DNA from: Streptosporangiaceae bacterium
GTDB taxonomy: Bacteria; Actinomycetota; Actinomycetes; Streptosporangiales; Streptosporangiaceae
Assembly: GCA_036393895.1 (NCBI GenBank)
Contig: DASWGE010000178.1
Location: forward strand, 1-37,171
DNA length: 37,171 nucleotides
Reading direction: 5' to 3'
The stretch's first letter is position 1. Every line of letters starts with the position of its first letter. Below are positions 25,699-35,331 of this stretch, piece by piece. Under the pieces are notes generated by a model that saw nothing but the letters and a program-made list of their open reading frames with translations, searched no databases and had not been told where the DNA came from. Both the position numbers and the translations under genes were made by a program.

Positions 25699-25980
25699 GT
25701 GTACGGATACACCCCCGACAAGGAGGACTACCTTAAGCGGCTGCGCAGGATCGAGGGCCAGGTCCGCGGGCTGCAGCGGATGGTCGAGGATGAGAAGTAC
25801 TGCATCGACATCTTGACCCAGGTGTCGGCGGCCACCAGGGCGCTGCAGTCGGTGGCGCTTGGCCTGATGGAAGACCATCTTGGCCACTGCGTCGCGCAGG
25901 CCACCGCCGAGGGCGGCGACGTCGCGGCCGCGAAGGTCCGGGAGGCATCCGACGCGATCGCCAGGCTTGTGCGGTCCTGA
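25699..25980 (+). CDS. csoR: CsoR/RcnR-family metal-sensing transcriptional repressor (Cu-type C-H-C ligand set)
   Basis: YLKRLRRIEGQVRGLQRMVEDEKYCIDILTQ...EDHLGHC. GTG start preceded by GGAGGA. Confidence 0.9.
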   Translation: MYGYTPDKEDYLKRLRRIEGQVRGLQRMVEDEKYCIDILTQVSAATRALQSVALGLMEDHLGHCVAQATAEGGDVAAAKVREASDAIARLVRS

Positions 25981-26126
25981 CAGGTCCTGACACCCGGTAG
26001 ACCGCCAGTCGCCAAAGTGCCAGAATTCACGGAACGGTTGTTGAGCCGGCCAATCCGCGCTGGCTTCAATCCGGCTCGAGGTTGCCAGTCTCGCGGCCGC
26101 CAGGTGCCGGGGAGGTGGGTGGGATC

Positions 26127-26375
26127 ATGACTGGCGAGCGGTTTAGTGCCACTCCCGAGCTCGGGAGCGCCATGGTCGAGTCGTGCTGGATGTGCGGCAT
26201 CCGGGTGCGAGTCGATCAGCTGGTCGCTGACGGCGGTAGCGCATGCCCCGATGTTCGCTGGTACTGCCGTGACATGCGGGGATGCGCCCAGCGCTGGACA
26301 CTGCGGCGGCAGAGGGGCGAGCTCGCGGTTGCCCCCGCGAGGCCCTCGATGACGCACAGGAGGATTGCCGGCTGA
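26127..26375 (+). CDS. Small Cys-rich hypothetical protein (possible zinc ribbon)
   Basis: 82 aa with CWMC...x17...C..x7..C..x5..C. The ATG is preceded by GGGAGGTGGGTGGG. Coding status is inferred from the RBS and ORF only. Confidence 0.5.
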   Translation: MTGERFSATPELGSAMVESCWMCGIRVRVDQLVADGGSACPDVRWYCRDMRGCAQRWTLRRQRGELAVAPARPSMTHRRIAG

Positions 26376-26567
26376 TCAGGGCTTCGGTCAGCCGGCGTTC
26401 TCCTCCCCGCGGCAGTTCCGAGCCCCAATCCTGCTGACGTAAACTTTCGCACCTGCTCAACCGTCCCATTACTGAGCTTTGCGCACTGTCGCCGGACACG
26501 CGACGCCTGGTGTCCGCTGACGTGGATGGAGTGGGCATAGCACCGGCGGCTAGGAGGCGAAGTAGGC

Positions 26568-27917
26568 GTGTCCCCGGCCGGGGTTGGCGTCCCCCCGATC
26601 GAGGACGCTCGGCCTCGGCGGGCGCGGCACCGGCCAGGTAGCGAACGCGCGAGGGCCATTGCGCCAGGCGGCGTCGTCGCGGCCCTCCTCCTAGTCCTGC
26701 TACCGGGATCGGTTCTCCTCTACCGGCCTGCGTGGAGCCTGGTCTACGTCGCGTGGATGCTTCCCCTTGCCGAACTGGCGCTGTTGCTGGCCGGACAGCT
26801 CCATTACCGGTTGAGGTACCGGGAGGCGCCTGGCAGGTTCCGCCAACTGGTCATCCAGATCACCACGACGGGCGCTGAGCCCCGCCGGGTCAACGAGATC
26901 ATCGGCCAGATCCGCGGCTATGACCTCACGATGGATTACCAGGTCTGGGTGGTGACCGAGCCAGGCCAGCCGACCGACTACCCGCTAGCAGATAACCTGC
27001 TCGTGGTCCCGGCTAGCTTCGAGGTGACCGCACGCAACAAAGCTCGGGCGCTTGAGTACTCAAGGCTCGCCCGAAGCGCGATAGGCCTTGACGGCGATGA
27101 CATCAAGGTGCTCTTTATCGACGATGACGTGAGCCTCACCCAGAGTTACATCGAGCGGGCGTTCGCGGCCGACTATGACGTTTCCCAGGGCGTGATCACG
27201 CCGAGGACCGCCTACAGCCTGCGCCCATTCGGCCATTTCGCCGTCAGCCACGCCGACGATTTCCGCACCCATTCCTGCCTGGTCTACTGTTCAGTCTTCC
27301 AGGGCATCCTCGGCCGCCCGCTGCACGTGCACGGCGAAGGCCTCGCCGTGACCGGCCGCGCGGAGCGACTCATCACCTGGGACTATCCGCTCGTGGCCTC
27401 GGAGGACCTCGCCTTCGGGCAACGGGCTCGCCGTCACGGCCTCCGCTGGGGCTGGTTCCACGAGTACGCCGAAGTGACCTCACCGTGGTCGCTGCGAGAT
27501 TTCCTGATCCAGCGGAACCGGTGGATCTGGGGCGACATTCACGCGATCAGGCACCGCACGGTGCTACCGCTCAGCGGAGCGTTGCTCGTGTCTGCCAAGT
27601 ACGTGGCAGGCGTCGTCGGCCTCGCTTGCTCGGTAGCCGGGCTCTACCTGCGGGCTACCGGGCGGGTCCCGCCGACCTCGCCAATTCTCAACTACGCCAA
27701 GCTGTCGGTGCTCTGCTGGACCGCGGTGTTCTTCGCCTGCGGCTGGATCGGTGCAAGCTCGGCTCACGCGGGCCGCGATGGCGACTCGCGCCTGCTGAGC
27801 GGCGTTGTCGCGGTCATCATGCTGCCGGTCAGCGCCGCCCTGACGTTCGCAGCGATGGTGATCTCGCTCGCGGAGGGTGATCCGCGAACGTTCCGCACCA
27901 TCAGGAAGACCAGATGA
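26568..27917 (+). CDS. Membrane-embedded family-2 glycosyltransferase, synthase-like (D, DxD, ED, QxxRW pattern)
   Basis: Motifs LFIDDDVSL, VASEDLAFG and LIQRNRWIWG, with N-terminal and C-terminal TM segments. GTG start with AGGAGG upstream. Confidence 0.85.
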   Translation: MSPAGVGVPPIEDARPRRARHRPGSERARAIAPGGVVAALLLVLLPGSVLLYRPAWSLVYVAWMLPLAELALLLAGQLHYRLRYREAPGRFRQLVIQITTTGAEPRRVNEIIGQIRGYDLTMDYQVWVVTEPGQPTDYPLADNLLVVPASFEVTARNKARALEYSRLARSAIGLDGDDIKVLFIDDDVSLTQSYIERAFAADYDVSQGVITPRTAYSLRPFGHFAVSHADDFRTHSCLVYCSVFQGILGRPLHVHGEGLAVTGRAERLITWDYPLVASEDLAFGQRARRHGLRWGWFHEYAEVTSPWSLRDFLIQRNRWIWGDIHAIRHRTVLPLSGALLVSAKYVAGVVGLACSVAGLYLRATGRVPPTSPILNYAKLSVLCWTAVFFACGWIGASSAHAGRDGDSRLLSGVVAVIMLPVSAALTFAAMVISLAEGDPRTFRTIRKTR

Positions 27918-28951
27918 AGAAGATCTTGCTCGGCGCGCTGGCCGTCATCGTGGTCGTGGCCGGCTGCGCAGCCGCCGCGCACCTCAAGGCGCTCCAACCG
28001 CGGGCAATCCCCGCATCGCCGCCGCTGACCATTCCGGAGACCGTGGCGATTCGCCAGCCGGCCTTCCAGCGCGGCATTGACGTCGACGCCTACACCTATC
28101 CGCGGCACGACTTCTCTGCGGCCGCCGCCGCCGTAGTCGCCTACGCTCGGAGCCTGAACGCCAATTCCCTTTCGATCTCCTTCCCGTTCTTCATGAGCGG
28201 CCGGTACTCCTCGCGCGTCTTCGCAAGCTCGCGGACCCCCACGCCGACCGAACTCGCGCTGTTCATCATCGATGCCGAGCGGGCTGGCCTCTACGTGTCG
28301 CTCCGGCCGCTGCTGAGCGAGGCCAACATCGGGAACTCCCGGGTGATCTGGAAACCAGCCAACCCGGCTGCCTGGTTCGCCAGCTACCGGCGCTTTCTGA
28401 CGCCCTACGCCCGGATGGCGGAGGCCAACAAGGTCGGGGAGTTCATCGTCGGCGCCGAGTTCGCCAGGTTCGGCGAGTCTCCGCGCTGGAACCGCCTCGA
28501 CCGTGCGCTGGCGAAGGTCTTCCACGGTCAACTGGCCTATTCCAACAACGACACGAGGGGCCTGTCGCGGCGGAGCGGCGGCCGGGCCGCAGTCAAGACC
28601 ATCGACGCCTACCATCCCATCCACCCGCCGTTCCTGCGCGGCTGGAAGTCCTTCGACCGGCACTTGCCCGCGCACACGGTCCTGACTGAGGTCAGCATCG
28701 CCGCCCTCGACGGCGCGTGGCGGCAGCCGTGGGTGCACCGGTCGCAGGCAGCGCGATTCAACCCGCTGGTACAGGCTAGGTGGTTTACGGCCGCCTGCCA
28801 CGCCGCCATCGCCACCGGGCTGAACGGCATCTACTTCTGGGCCCTGCCGCTCAGCACCCGGTTCCCGCGTCCCACGCCGGCCACGCCTGGCGCCTGGGCT
28901 CATTCTCCTGGTTCAGCCGCTATAGCTCGCTGCTTCGGAAACGCTCAGTGA
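27914..28951 (+). CDS. Lipoprotein, possible glycoside-hydrolase-like (TIM-barrel) protein
   Basis: Lipobox MKKILLGALAVIVVVAGC. ATGA overlap with the GT2 stop. The function is guessed only from context and segments such as EFIVGAEF. Confidence 0.6.
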   Translation: MKKILLGALAVIVVVAGCAAAAHLKALQPRAIPASPPLTIPETVAIRQPAFQRGIDVDAYTYPRHDFSAAAAAVVAYARSLNANSLSISFPFFMSGRYSSRVFASSRTPTPTELALFIIDAERAGLYVSLRPLLSEANIGNSRVIWKPANPAAWFASYRRFLTPYARMAEANKVGEFIVGAEFARFGESPRWNRLDRALAKVFHGQLAYSNNDTRGLSRRSGGRAAVKTIDAYHPIHPPFLRGWKSFDRHLPAHTVLTEVSIAALDGAWRQPWVHRSQAARFNPLVQARWFTAACHAAIATGLNGIYFWALPLSTRFPRPTPATPGAWAHSPGSAAIARCFGNAQ

Positions 28952-30579
28952 TCACCGTAGCCGTCGACCGGCGCGCCGCGCCGACCGTAGCTGCCGCGCG
29001 CCCCCGTTGGCTGTACTTGCTGCCGCTGGCGGTGATCCTCGTGGCACAGGCGCTGCTGTCGGCCAAGCTGATCGCGGGCACCTATGCCTCCGGCGACGAG
29101 GGACGGTATATCTACGCTGGCCATCAGCTGATCTATGAGATCTGGCATGGCGGCGGAAGTCCGTATTACGAAACCTATTTCTCCGGCGCGCCAGTCATCT
29201 ATCCGGTGCTTGCCGCGATCGCAGACTCCGTCGGCGGCCTCGTGGCCGCGTGCCTCATGAGCACGGTCTTCATGGTCGTAGCCACGATCATGCTGTTCGT
29301 GGTATCCAGGGATCTGTTCGGATACTGGTCAGGGATACTCGCCGCTGGCCTCTTCGCCGGGCTTGGGCTCACACAGGATCTCGGCGCGCTGGCGACCTAC
29401 GACGCGATGTCCCTGATGCTGATCTCCATCGCTGCCTACTGCGCCGTCCGGACGGGCAAGTCACTGCACGAGCCGCTGCGTGACTCACGAGGCGAGCCCA
29501 CGAGATGGCTGCTGACGATTCCTGTGCTCTTGTTCCTGGCCAATGCGACGAAGTACATGACGCTCATCTTCGATCCGGTCGTGATCGGGCTCGCGGCGCT
29601 GCAGGTCAGCGGCTGGAAAGCGATGGTAAAGCGGATCACCGCGCTGGGCCTGGCTACGCTGACGCTCGACTCGCTGTTCCTATTCCTCGCGGGCGGTGCC
29701 TACCTGCACGGGCTCTTGTTCTCCACGCTTGCCCGCAAGAGCGGATCTTCGGCGGTGTTCGCCGCGGTCAGGGTGGCAAGTCCCGTCATTCTTGCCGACA
29801 CGTGGATCTGGGTCGGCCCGGTCGTCGCGGCCGCGCTCACCGCACTGGCGATCGCCGTGCTCGCGAGAAGCGACTCCAAAACGATCGCCACCATCGCGCT
29901 GCTGATCACCGCCGGGCTGATCGTCACCGTGGAGGGCCTGCACCTCCACACGGTGGAGTCGATGCGCAAGCACGACGACTTCTCTGCGTGGTTCGCGTGC
30001 GCCGCGACCGGCTCGATAGCGGCGCGCCTTCATGGGCGACGGCTCATGTCCCGGATAGCACCGGTCGTGATCGGCTGCGCGGTGGTCGCCTCCGGCGTGC
30101 ACTACAGTCAGACGGCCAGGTCGACCTACGAGGCCGGGGGTTCGCGCACCACGCTGCAGATCGCCAGTGAACTTCGGCCCTACCTGGGGCTGCCTAACGG
30201 TCGATACCTGATCGGCGGGCTGGCCAACGAGCAGCTGGTATTCATCGACGGCATCGGCCTGCACTGGTATCAGCTCGCGGATGACCTATATATCAAGTAT
30301 CCGGTCCCCGGCCGCGGCGGAGACTCGCACGGGCGGGTTCTGGGACCCGCGTGCTTCCGCCTCCGGCCCGGGTGCATGTACCTGGAAGGCGTCGCCGGGT
30401 ACCGGGCGGCCATCCGTGCCCACTGGTTCGATCTCATCTCCATGTGGGGAGGCCACGGGATCAGGCAGGACGCCCAGATCGAGCGGGTGGTCGAACACAC
30501 GCCAGGCTACGTGCTGATCGCGATCGTCGCCGGCGCACCGACCTGGATCTACGCTCCCGCTTATCGTCATCTGACATGA
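28948..30579 (+). CDS. Polytopic membrane protein, GT-C (ArnT/PMT-like) glycosyltransferase candidate
   Basis: GTG overlaps the lipoprotein stop (GTGA). The first TM segment WLYLLPLAVILVAQALL is followed by a loop ASGDEGRYIYAG, the Asp-Glu motif position typical of GT-C enzymes. There are at least 10 hydrophobic segments and a soluble C-terminal domain. The maximal ORF from 28780 overlaps the upstream gene. Confidence 0.6.
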   Translation: MITVAVDRRAAPTVAAARPRWLYLLPLAVILVAQALLSAKLIAGTYASGDEGRYIYAGHQLIYEIWHGGGSPYYETYFSGAPVIYPVLAAIADSVGGLVAACLMSTVFMVVATIMLFVVSRDLFGYWSGILAAGLFAGLGLTQDLGALATYDAMSLMLISIAAYCAVRTGKSLHEPLRDSRGEPTRWLLTIPVLLFLANATKYMTLIFDPVVIGLAALQVSGWKAMVKRITALGLATLTLDSLFLFLAGGAYLHGLLFSTLARKSGSSAVFAAVRVASPVILADTWIWVGPVVAAALTALAIAVLARSDSKTIATIALLITAGLIVTVEGLHLHTVESMRKHDDFSAWFACAATGSIAARLHGRRLMSRIAPVVIGCAVVASGVHYSQTARSTYEAGGSRTTLQIASELRPYLGLPNGRYLIGGLANEQLVFIDGIGLHWYQLADDLYIKYPVPGRGGDSHGRVLGPACFRLRPGCMYLEGVAGYRAAIRAHWFDLISMWGGHGIRQDAQIERVVEHTPGYVLIAIVAGAPTWIYAPAYRHLT

Positions 30580-30611
30580 CCAGGAAGGGTGCGATTGCGG
30601 TAGCGCGAGCT

Positions 30612-30899
30612 TTAGGCGCCGGCCGTTTCGAAATGGCTGAGAATCCGGCGCGCATAGTAGGACTCCCACGGCTCGCCTGGCTGTTCTGCAGTGAACTGCC
30701 GGTCGAGGCTGACCAGCAGGTAGATCAGTTCGCTGCGGACCGGCTTGACGGTCAGCACATCAGGCAGTTCGGACAAGTTGATGAGCCACCACGCGTACCA
30801 GCTAGCCCAGTCATCGTCTGCGCCGTCCACGATCCGGAACACACGGTGGTGCGTCTCAGATGCCTCGTGCAGTAGTTTGCTTATCTGTTCCGCGGTCAT
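30612..30899 (-). CDS. Conserved-looking hypothetical protein (95 aa)
   Basis: The ATG is preceded by GGGGAG. Sequence: MTAEQISKLLHEASETHHRVFRIVDGADDDWASWYAWWL... It lies 28 nt downstream of the SDR gene on the same strand. Confidence 0.55.
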   Translation of the reverse strand: MTAEQISKLLHEASETHHRVFRIVDGADDDWASWYAWWLINLSELPDVLTVKPVRSELIYLLVSLDRQFTAEQPGEPWESYYARRILSHFETAGA

Positions 30900-30927
30900 G
30901 ACGTCTCCCCTCGCCTTGGCTGCTTGG

Positions 30928-31698
30928 TCAGTAAGCCATCCATCCCCCGTCGACCATCAGGTTTATCCCGCTGATATAGCTGGCCTCGTCCGATGCCAGG
31001 AACGCGACCGCAGCCGCGACATCACCGGGCTCGCCCAGGCGCGCGAACGGGGTGCGCGACCGCACGTAAGCGGCGGAGGTCGGGTCGGCGGCTAGGTCTC
31101 CGGGCGCGCCGGTGAGGATCTTGCCCGGGGCGACCGCATTGCAGATGATCCCGTCGCGTCCGTGCTCGACCGCGATCTGCCTGGTCATCTGGACCAGGCC
31201 GCCCTTGCTGACCGCGTAAGTGAAGTGACCCGGCACGCCGACCATTCCATGCTGCGAGGTGATATTGATGATGCGGCCGCGCACCTCGCCCCGCGGCTCC
31301 TGGGCCAGCATCTGGCGGACCGCGGCCTGGCACAGCATGAACGGCCCGCGCAGGTTGACCGCGATCATCGCGTCCCAGTCGGAGTCCAGGGTGTCCAGAA
31401 GGGGCTTGGAGTGTGGTCCCGCCAGCACAGCGTCGTTGACCAGCACGTCGAGGCGGCCGTAGCGGCTGGCCGCCAGCGCGACCAGGCGCTCGCAGTCCGC
31501 TCTGGACGACACGTCTGACTGGATGAACTCACACTTGCCGCCCTGCCTGCCGATTTCCTCGTCCGTGGGCTCGCCGCCGGTCAGCGGGTCGCGGCGGACG
31601 TCCGCCAGCACGACAGGGAAGCCGTCGGCGGCCAGCCTCAGCGCTATCGCCTTGCCGATTCCCGAGGATGACCCGGTGACAATCGCGGAGCCGGTCAC
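30928..31698 (-). CDS. SDR-family oxidoreductase (FabG/glucose dehydrogenase-like)
   Basis: Cofactor motif TGSSSGIGKAIA and catalytic YAVSKGG. 256 aa. Confidence 0.9.
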   Translation of the reverse strand: MTGSAIVTGSSSGIGKAIALRLAADGFPVVLADVRRDPLTGGEPTDEEIGRQGGKCEFIQSDVSSRADCERLVALAASRYGRLDVLVNDAVLAGPHSKPLLDTLDSDWDAMIAVNLRGPFMLCQAAVRQMLAQEPRGEVRGRIINITSQHGMVGVPGHFTYAVSKGGLVQMTRQIAVEHGRDGIICNAVAPGKILTGAPGDLAADPTSAAYVRSRTPFARLGEPGDVAAAVAFLASDEASYISGINLMVDGGWMAY

Positions 31699-31732
31699 CC
31701 GCGCATTGTCGCAGCCAGTGCCGCCGCGGCGC

Positions 31733-32710
31733 TCACGCGAACTCCAGCAGGATCTTCCCGGCCTTGCCCGGGAGCGCCAGGTAGTCGAACGCGGCGGCGG
31801 CCTCCGCTGCAGGGAACACGCGGTCGATTGCGGGGAGCGCCCGGCCAGCGGCGAGCAGCGGCACCACCGACCTGGCGAAGGCCTGCACCGCCGCAGCTTT
31901 CTCCTCCAGCGGGCGGGCGCGCAGCACCGTGCCGCGCAGGCTGGCCCGCTTGGCCATCAGCCGGCGAAGGGAGATGGCTGCCTGTTCGCCGGTGCCGGTG
32001 CCGGCGGCGGTGCCGACGCTAGCGATCCGCCCTTTCAGCGCGAGGACGTCGAAGTCGAGATCGATATTCGGCGGCCCGACTAGCTCGAGAATGACGTCCG
32101 CGCCGCCCAGGGCGGCGAGGCTCTCGGCGGCGCTGTCAGGGGTGACAACGATCGCCCCTTCGGCCGCGAGCGCACGGGCAGAATCTGGTGACCTGACATG
32201 GGCGACGACCCGGGCGCCCGCCGCGAGCCCGAGCCTGGCGCCTGCGGAGCCGACCGCGCCGTTCGCGCCGTTGACCAACAGCACCTCACCTAGCTGGAGG
32301 CCGGACTGGGTGAACACCGCGTCGTGCGCGGTGATGTATGCCTCGGGCACCGCCGCCGCGACATCGTCGGCGAGGTTGTCGGGAATCGCCGCAACGTGCC
32401 GCTCATGTACGACCACCCGGTCGGCGAGCCCGCCGCCGCCCACGATGCCGAACACCCGGTCGCCGACTCGCCAGGTCAGGACGCCTTCCCCAACGGCAGC
32501 TACGACGCCGGCCACTTCAAGGCCGGGGATGTCTTGCGGCGCGCCCGCCGGCGGCGGGTAATTGCCCTGCCGCTGCGCTACGTCGGCCCAGTTCACGCCC
32601 GCGAACCGGGCCGCCACGACAATCTCGTGCGAGCCAGGAACGGGGTCAGGGCGTTCGGCCAGGCTGACTACCTCGTTGCCGCCAATGCCCTTAAAAGTCA
32701 CAGCCCTCAC
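31733..32710 (-). CDS. NADPH:quinone oxidoreductase / zinc-type alcohol dehydrogenase superfamily (MDR)
   Basis: GTG at 32710 is preceded by AGGAGG. Sequence: VRAVTFKGIGGNEVVSLAERPDPVPGSHEIVV..., with LVNGANGAVGS as the nucleotide-binding motif. The maximal ORF to 33043 overlaps the divergent gene. Confidence 0.85.
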   Translation of the reverse strand: MRAVTFKGIGGNEVVSLAERPDPVPGSHEIVVAARFAGVNWADVAQRQGNYPPPAGAPQDIPGLEVAGVVAAVGEGVLTWRVGDRVFGIVGGGGLADRVVVHERHVAAIPDNLADDVAAAVPEAYITAHDAVFTQSGLQLGEVLLVNGANGAVGSAGARLGLAAGARVVAHVRSPDSARALAAEGAIVVTPDSAAESLAALGGADVILELVGPPNIDLDFDVLALKGRIASVGTAAGTGTGEQAAISLRRLMAKRASLRGTVLRARPLEEKAAAVQAFARSVVPLLAAGRALPAIDRVFPAAEAAAAFDYLALPGKAGKILLEFA

Positions 32711-32845
32711 GTTTGACCTCCTGTCGTGCCAGCATAGGAGTGCCGCGTTTGCGGTATCAACCGGGCTATTAGTTCGGTAAAGGCGCAAGGGGGGCCATCC
32801 CTGCCGGCGGCGCCGTCGATAGGCTGGCGAGATGGGGATGTCGCC

Positions 32846-34159
32846 ATGAGCGCAGTCGCGCGCTGGGCACGGGAGAACCCCAGGTCGGCGGCGCTCAGCG
32901 AACGGGCACGCTGCCTGCTGCCGGGCGGAGTGACTCACGACGTCCGGCTGGCCGCGCCGTTTCCGCTGGCGGTGGCGCGGGCAGAAGGAGCGCGCAAGTG
33001 GGATGTCGACGGCCACGAACTCGTCTGCTACGTCATGGGCCACGGGTCACTGCTGCTTGGGCACAGTCATCCCGACGTGGTCTCGGCCGTAACGGCCCAG
33101 GCCAGCCGGTCGTTCCATCCGGGCGCCTGTCATGAACTGGAGAGCGCGTGGGCCGAACTTGTGATCCGGCTTGTCCCGTCCGCGCAGCGGGTGCGCTTCA
33201 CCTCGAGCGGGACTGAGGCGTCGCTGCTGGCGCTCCGTCTGGCCAGGGCGGCTACCGGCAGGAACAGGATCGTGAAATTGTCCGGGCATTTCCACGGCTG
33301 GCACGACCAGGTGGCCGTGGGCTCTGATCCGCCCTTCGACCAGCCCGACACGGCGGGGCTTCCCGGTGCGATCACCGGCTCGGCTGCCGTCATTCCCGCG
33401 GACCCCGACGTGCTCGCCAGCGAGCTCAGCGACCGCGACGTCGCCGCCGTGATCCTGGAACCGACGGGAGCGGCCTGGGGCACTGCACCGCTTCCTGACG
33501 GGTTTCTCGCCGCGGCACGGCGCCTTGCGGACCAGGCCGGAACGCTGCTCGTGTACGACGAGGTGGTCTCGGGCTTCCGCTGGGCACCAGGCGGTGTCCA
33601 GGAGATCACCGGGGTGCATCCGGACCTCACCGTGCTCGGCAAGGTCCTGGCCGGCGGCATGCCTGGCGGTGCCGTCTGCGGCCGGGCCGACCTGATGAGC
33701 TATCTGGCGGGCCCTGAGGCCGGCCCGCGGCGGGTGGCACATCCGGGCACGCACAACGCGCACCCGCTATCGGCCGCGGCAGGCGTCGCAACGCTGGAAG
33801 TCGCCGCGTCGGGTGAGCGCCAGGCGGCCGCGGACCGCCTGGCCGGATTGCTGCGCGAGGAGCTCACCGCCGTGTTCCGGCGATCCGGGGTGGCCGGCTG
33901 CGCCTACGGCGAGAGCTCGACCTTCCATCTGATGTTCGGGCACGGCGATGCCCCCGGCGGTCTTGACCCAGCCACGCTGAAGACCGGCGTACCCGGCTGG
34001 CTGTCGCCGGCCCTGCACTGCGCCATGCTCAACGAGGGAGTGCACTTGTTCCACGGGTCGGGCTTCCTCAGTATCGCGCACGGCGAGCGCGAGGCGGACC
34101 TCACCATCAGCGCGTTCACCGCCGCGTTGACCCAGTTGCAGGCGGAGGGCCTGATATGA
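32846..34159 (+). CDS. Class-III PLP aminotransferase (glutamate-1-semialdehyde aminomutase-like)
   Basis: Motifs GHSHPDV, YDEVVSGFR and the PLP-lysine context LTVLGKVLAGG. Confidence 0.85.
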   Translation: MSAVARWARENPRSAALSERARCLLPGGVTHDVRLAAPFPLAVARAEGARKWDVDGHELVCYVMGHGSLLLGHSHPDVVSAVTAQASRSFHPGACHELESAWAELVIRLVPSAQRVRFTSSGTEASLLALRLARAATGRNRIVKLSGHFHGWHDQVAVGSDPPFDQPDTAGLPGAITGSAAVIPADPDVLASELSDRDVAAVILEPTGAAWGTAPLPDGFLAAARRLADQAGTLLVYDEVVSGFRWAPGGVQEITGVHPDLTVLGKVLAGGMPGGAVCGRADLMSYLAGPEAGPRRVAHPGTHNAHPLSAAAGVATLEVAASGERQAAADRLAGLLREELTAVFRRSGVAGCAYGESSTFHLMFGHGDAPGGLDPATLKTGVPGWLSPALHCAMLNEGVHLFHGSGFLSIAHGEREADLTISAFTAALTQLQAEGLI

Positions 34160-35331
34160 CCAGCCTCGACATCGCCGGCGGCCGCGTGCTCGACCCGGGC
34201 CAGGGAATCGACGCGACGGCGACGGTCGGCGTCAGAGATGGCCTCATCACCGGCATCGAACCCGGCGCGCCGGGCATCGGCGAGCGGGAAGACGGCGAGG
34301 TGGTCGACGCTTCAGGATTGCTAGTGACGCCGGGCCTGGTTGACCTTCACACTCACCTGTTCACCGGCGTCTCGCACTACGGCGTGGAGCCAGACGTGCA
34401 CTGTCTCGGCCGGGGAGTAACAACCGCGGTCGACGCCGGCTCGGCCGGCGCCCAGACATTCCCGGCGCTGCGCCGGTATGTCATCGAGCCATCCGAGACC
34501 CGGATACTGGCGTTCCTGCACATCGCCGTCCAGGGCATGATCACCAACCTCGTTGGCGAGCTCGAAGACATCCGCTGGGCATCCCCACAGCAGGCGATCG
34601 CTCGTGCCCGCGAGCATGCCGACCTCATCGTCGGGATCAAGGTCAGGCTCGGCTATCAGATGGTCGGAAACGACCCTGCGCCCGCGCTCCGCCTGGCCCG
34701 AGAGGCCGCGGACGAACTCGGTCTCCCGCTCATGGTTCACGTTATCGACATGACGCCTGGCCTGGCTTGGCTGCTGCCTTACCTGCGCCGGGGTGACATC
34801 GTGACGCATTGCTTCCACGGCAATGAGGGCGGGATCCTCGACGATACCGGGAGGGTGCTGCCGGCCGCCCTGAGCGCGCGTGAGCGAGGCGTGCTCTTCG
34901 ATGTGGGCCACGGAATAGGCAGCTTCGCCTACCGGGTTGCGCGCAGCGCCATATCCCAGGGATTCGCGCCCGATACCATCTCCAGCGACCTGCACGCGCA
35001 TAACGTCGGCGGCCCCGTTTTCGATCAGGCGACCACGCTGTCCAAGCTGCTGCACGTCGGCATGGAACTGGGCGAGGTCATCAGGGCGGCCACGTCGACC
35101 CCGGCGCTCGCCGTCCGCCGGGCCGGCGCCATCGGAGCGCTGGCGCCGGGCCAGCCCGCTGACGTCTCGCTGCTGGAGTTGCGGGCCGGCCACTGGTCGC
35201 TGCCTGACGCGGCGGGCGAGACAGAGGTTGTCGAGCGGCTGCTCATCCCGAGGATGGTTGTCACTTCCGGTCTTGTCCGTGCCATCACGTCCCCGCTGGC
35301 AGACAGCCTGACCGCCTCGCCAGGTTCATGA
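34156..35331 (+). CDS. Amidohydrolase/deacetylase-family metallo-hydrolase
   Basis: Motifs PGLVDLHTHLF, MVHVID, HCFHG and ISSDLH. ATGA overlap with the upstream stop. Confidence 0.8.
   Translation: MTSLDIAGGRVLDPGQGIDATATVGVRDGLITGIEPGAPGIGEREDGEVVDASGLLVTPGLVDLHTHLFTGVSHYGVEPDVHCLGRGVTTAVDAGSAGAQTFPALRRYVIEPSETRILAFLHIAVQGMITNLVGELEDIRWASPQQAIARAREHADLIVGIKVRLGYQMVGNDPAPALRLAREAADELGLPLMVHVIDMTPGLAWLLPYLRRGDIVTHCFHGNEGGILDDTGRVLPAALSARERGVLFDVGHGIGSFAYRVARSAISQGFAPDTISSDLHAHNVGGPVFDQATTLSKLLHVGMELGEVIRAATSTPALAVRRAGAIGALAPGQPADVSLLELRAGHWSLPDAAGETEVVERLLIPRMVVTSGLVRAITSPLADSLTASPGS

Noticed and set aside
25972-25991. Tandem GGTCCTGACA x2 at the csoR stop.
   Set aside because: Only two 10-bp units spanning the stop codon. 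It is too short to call a functional repeat.
31733-33043. 436-aa version of the quinone oxidoreductase ORF.
   Set aside because: The extra 111 codons overlap the divergent aminotransferase gene and lack MDR homology. AGGAGG-N6-GTG at 32710 gives the canonical MRAVTF-type N-terminus.
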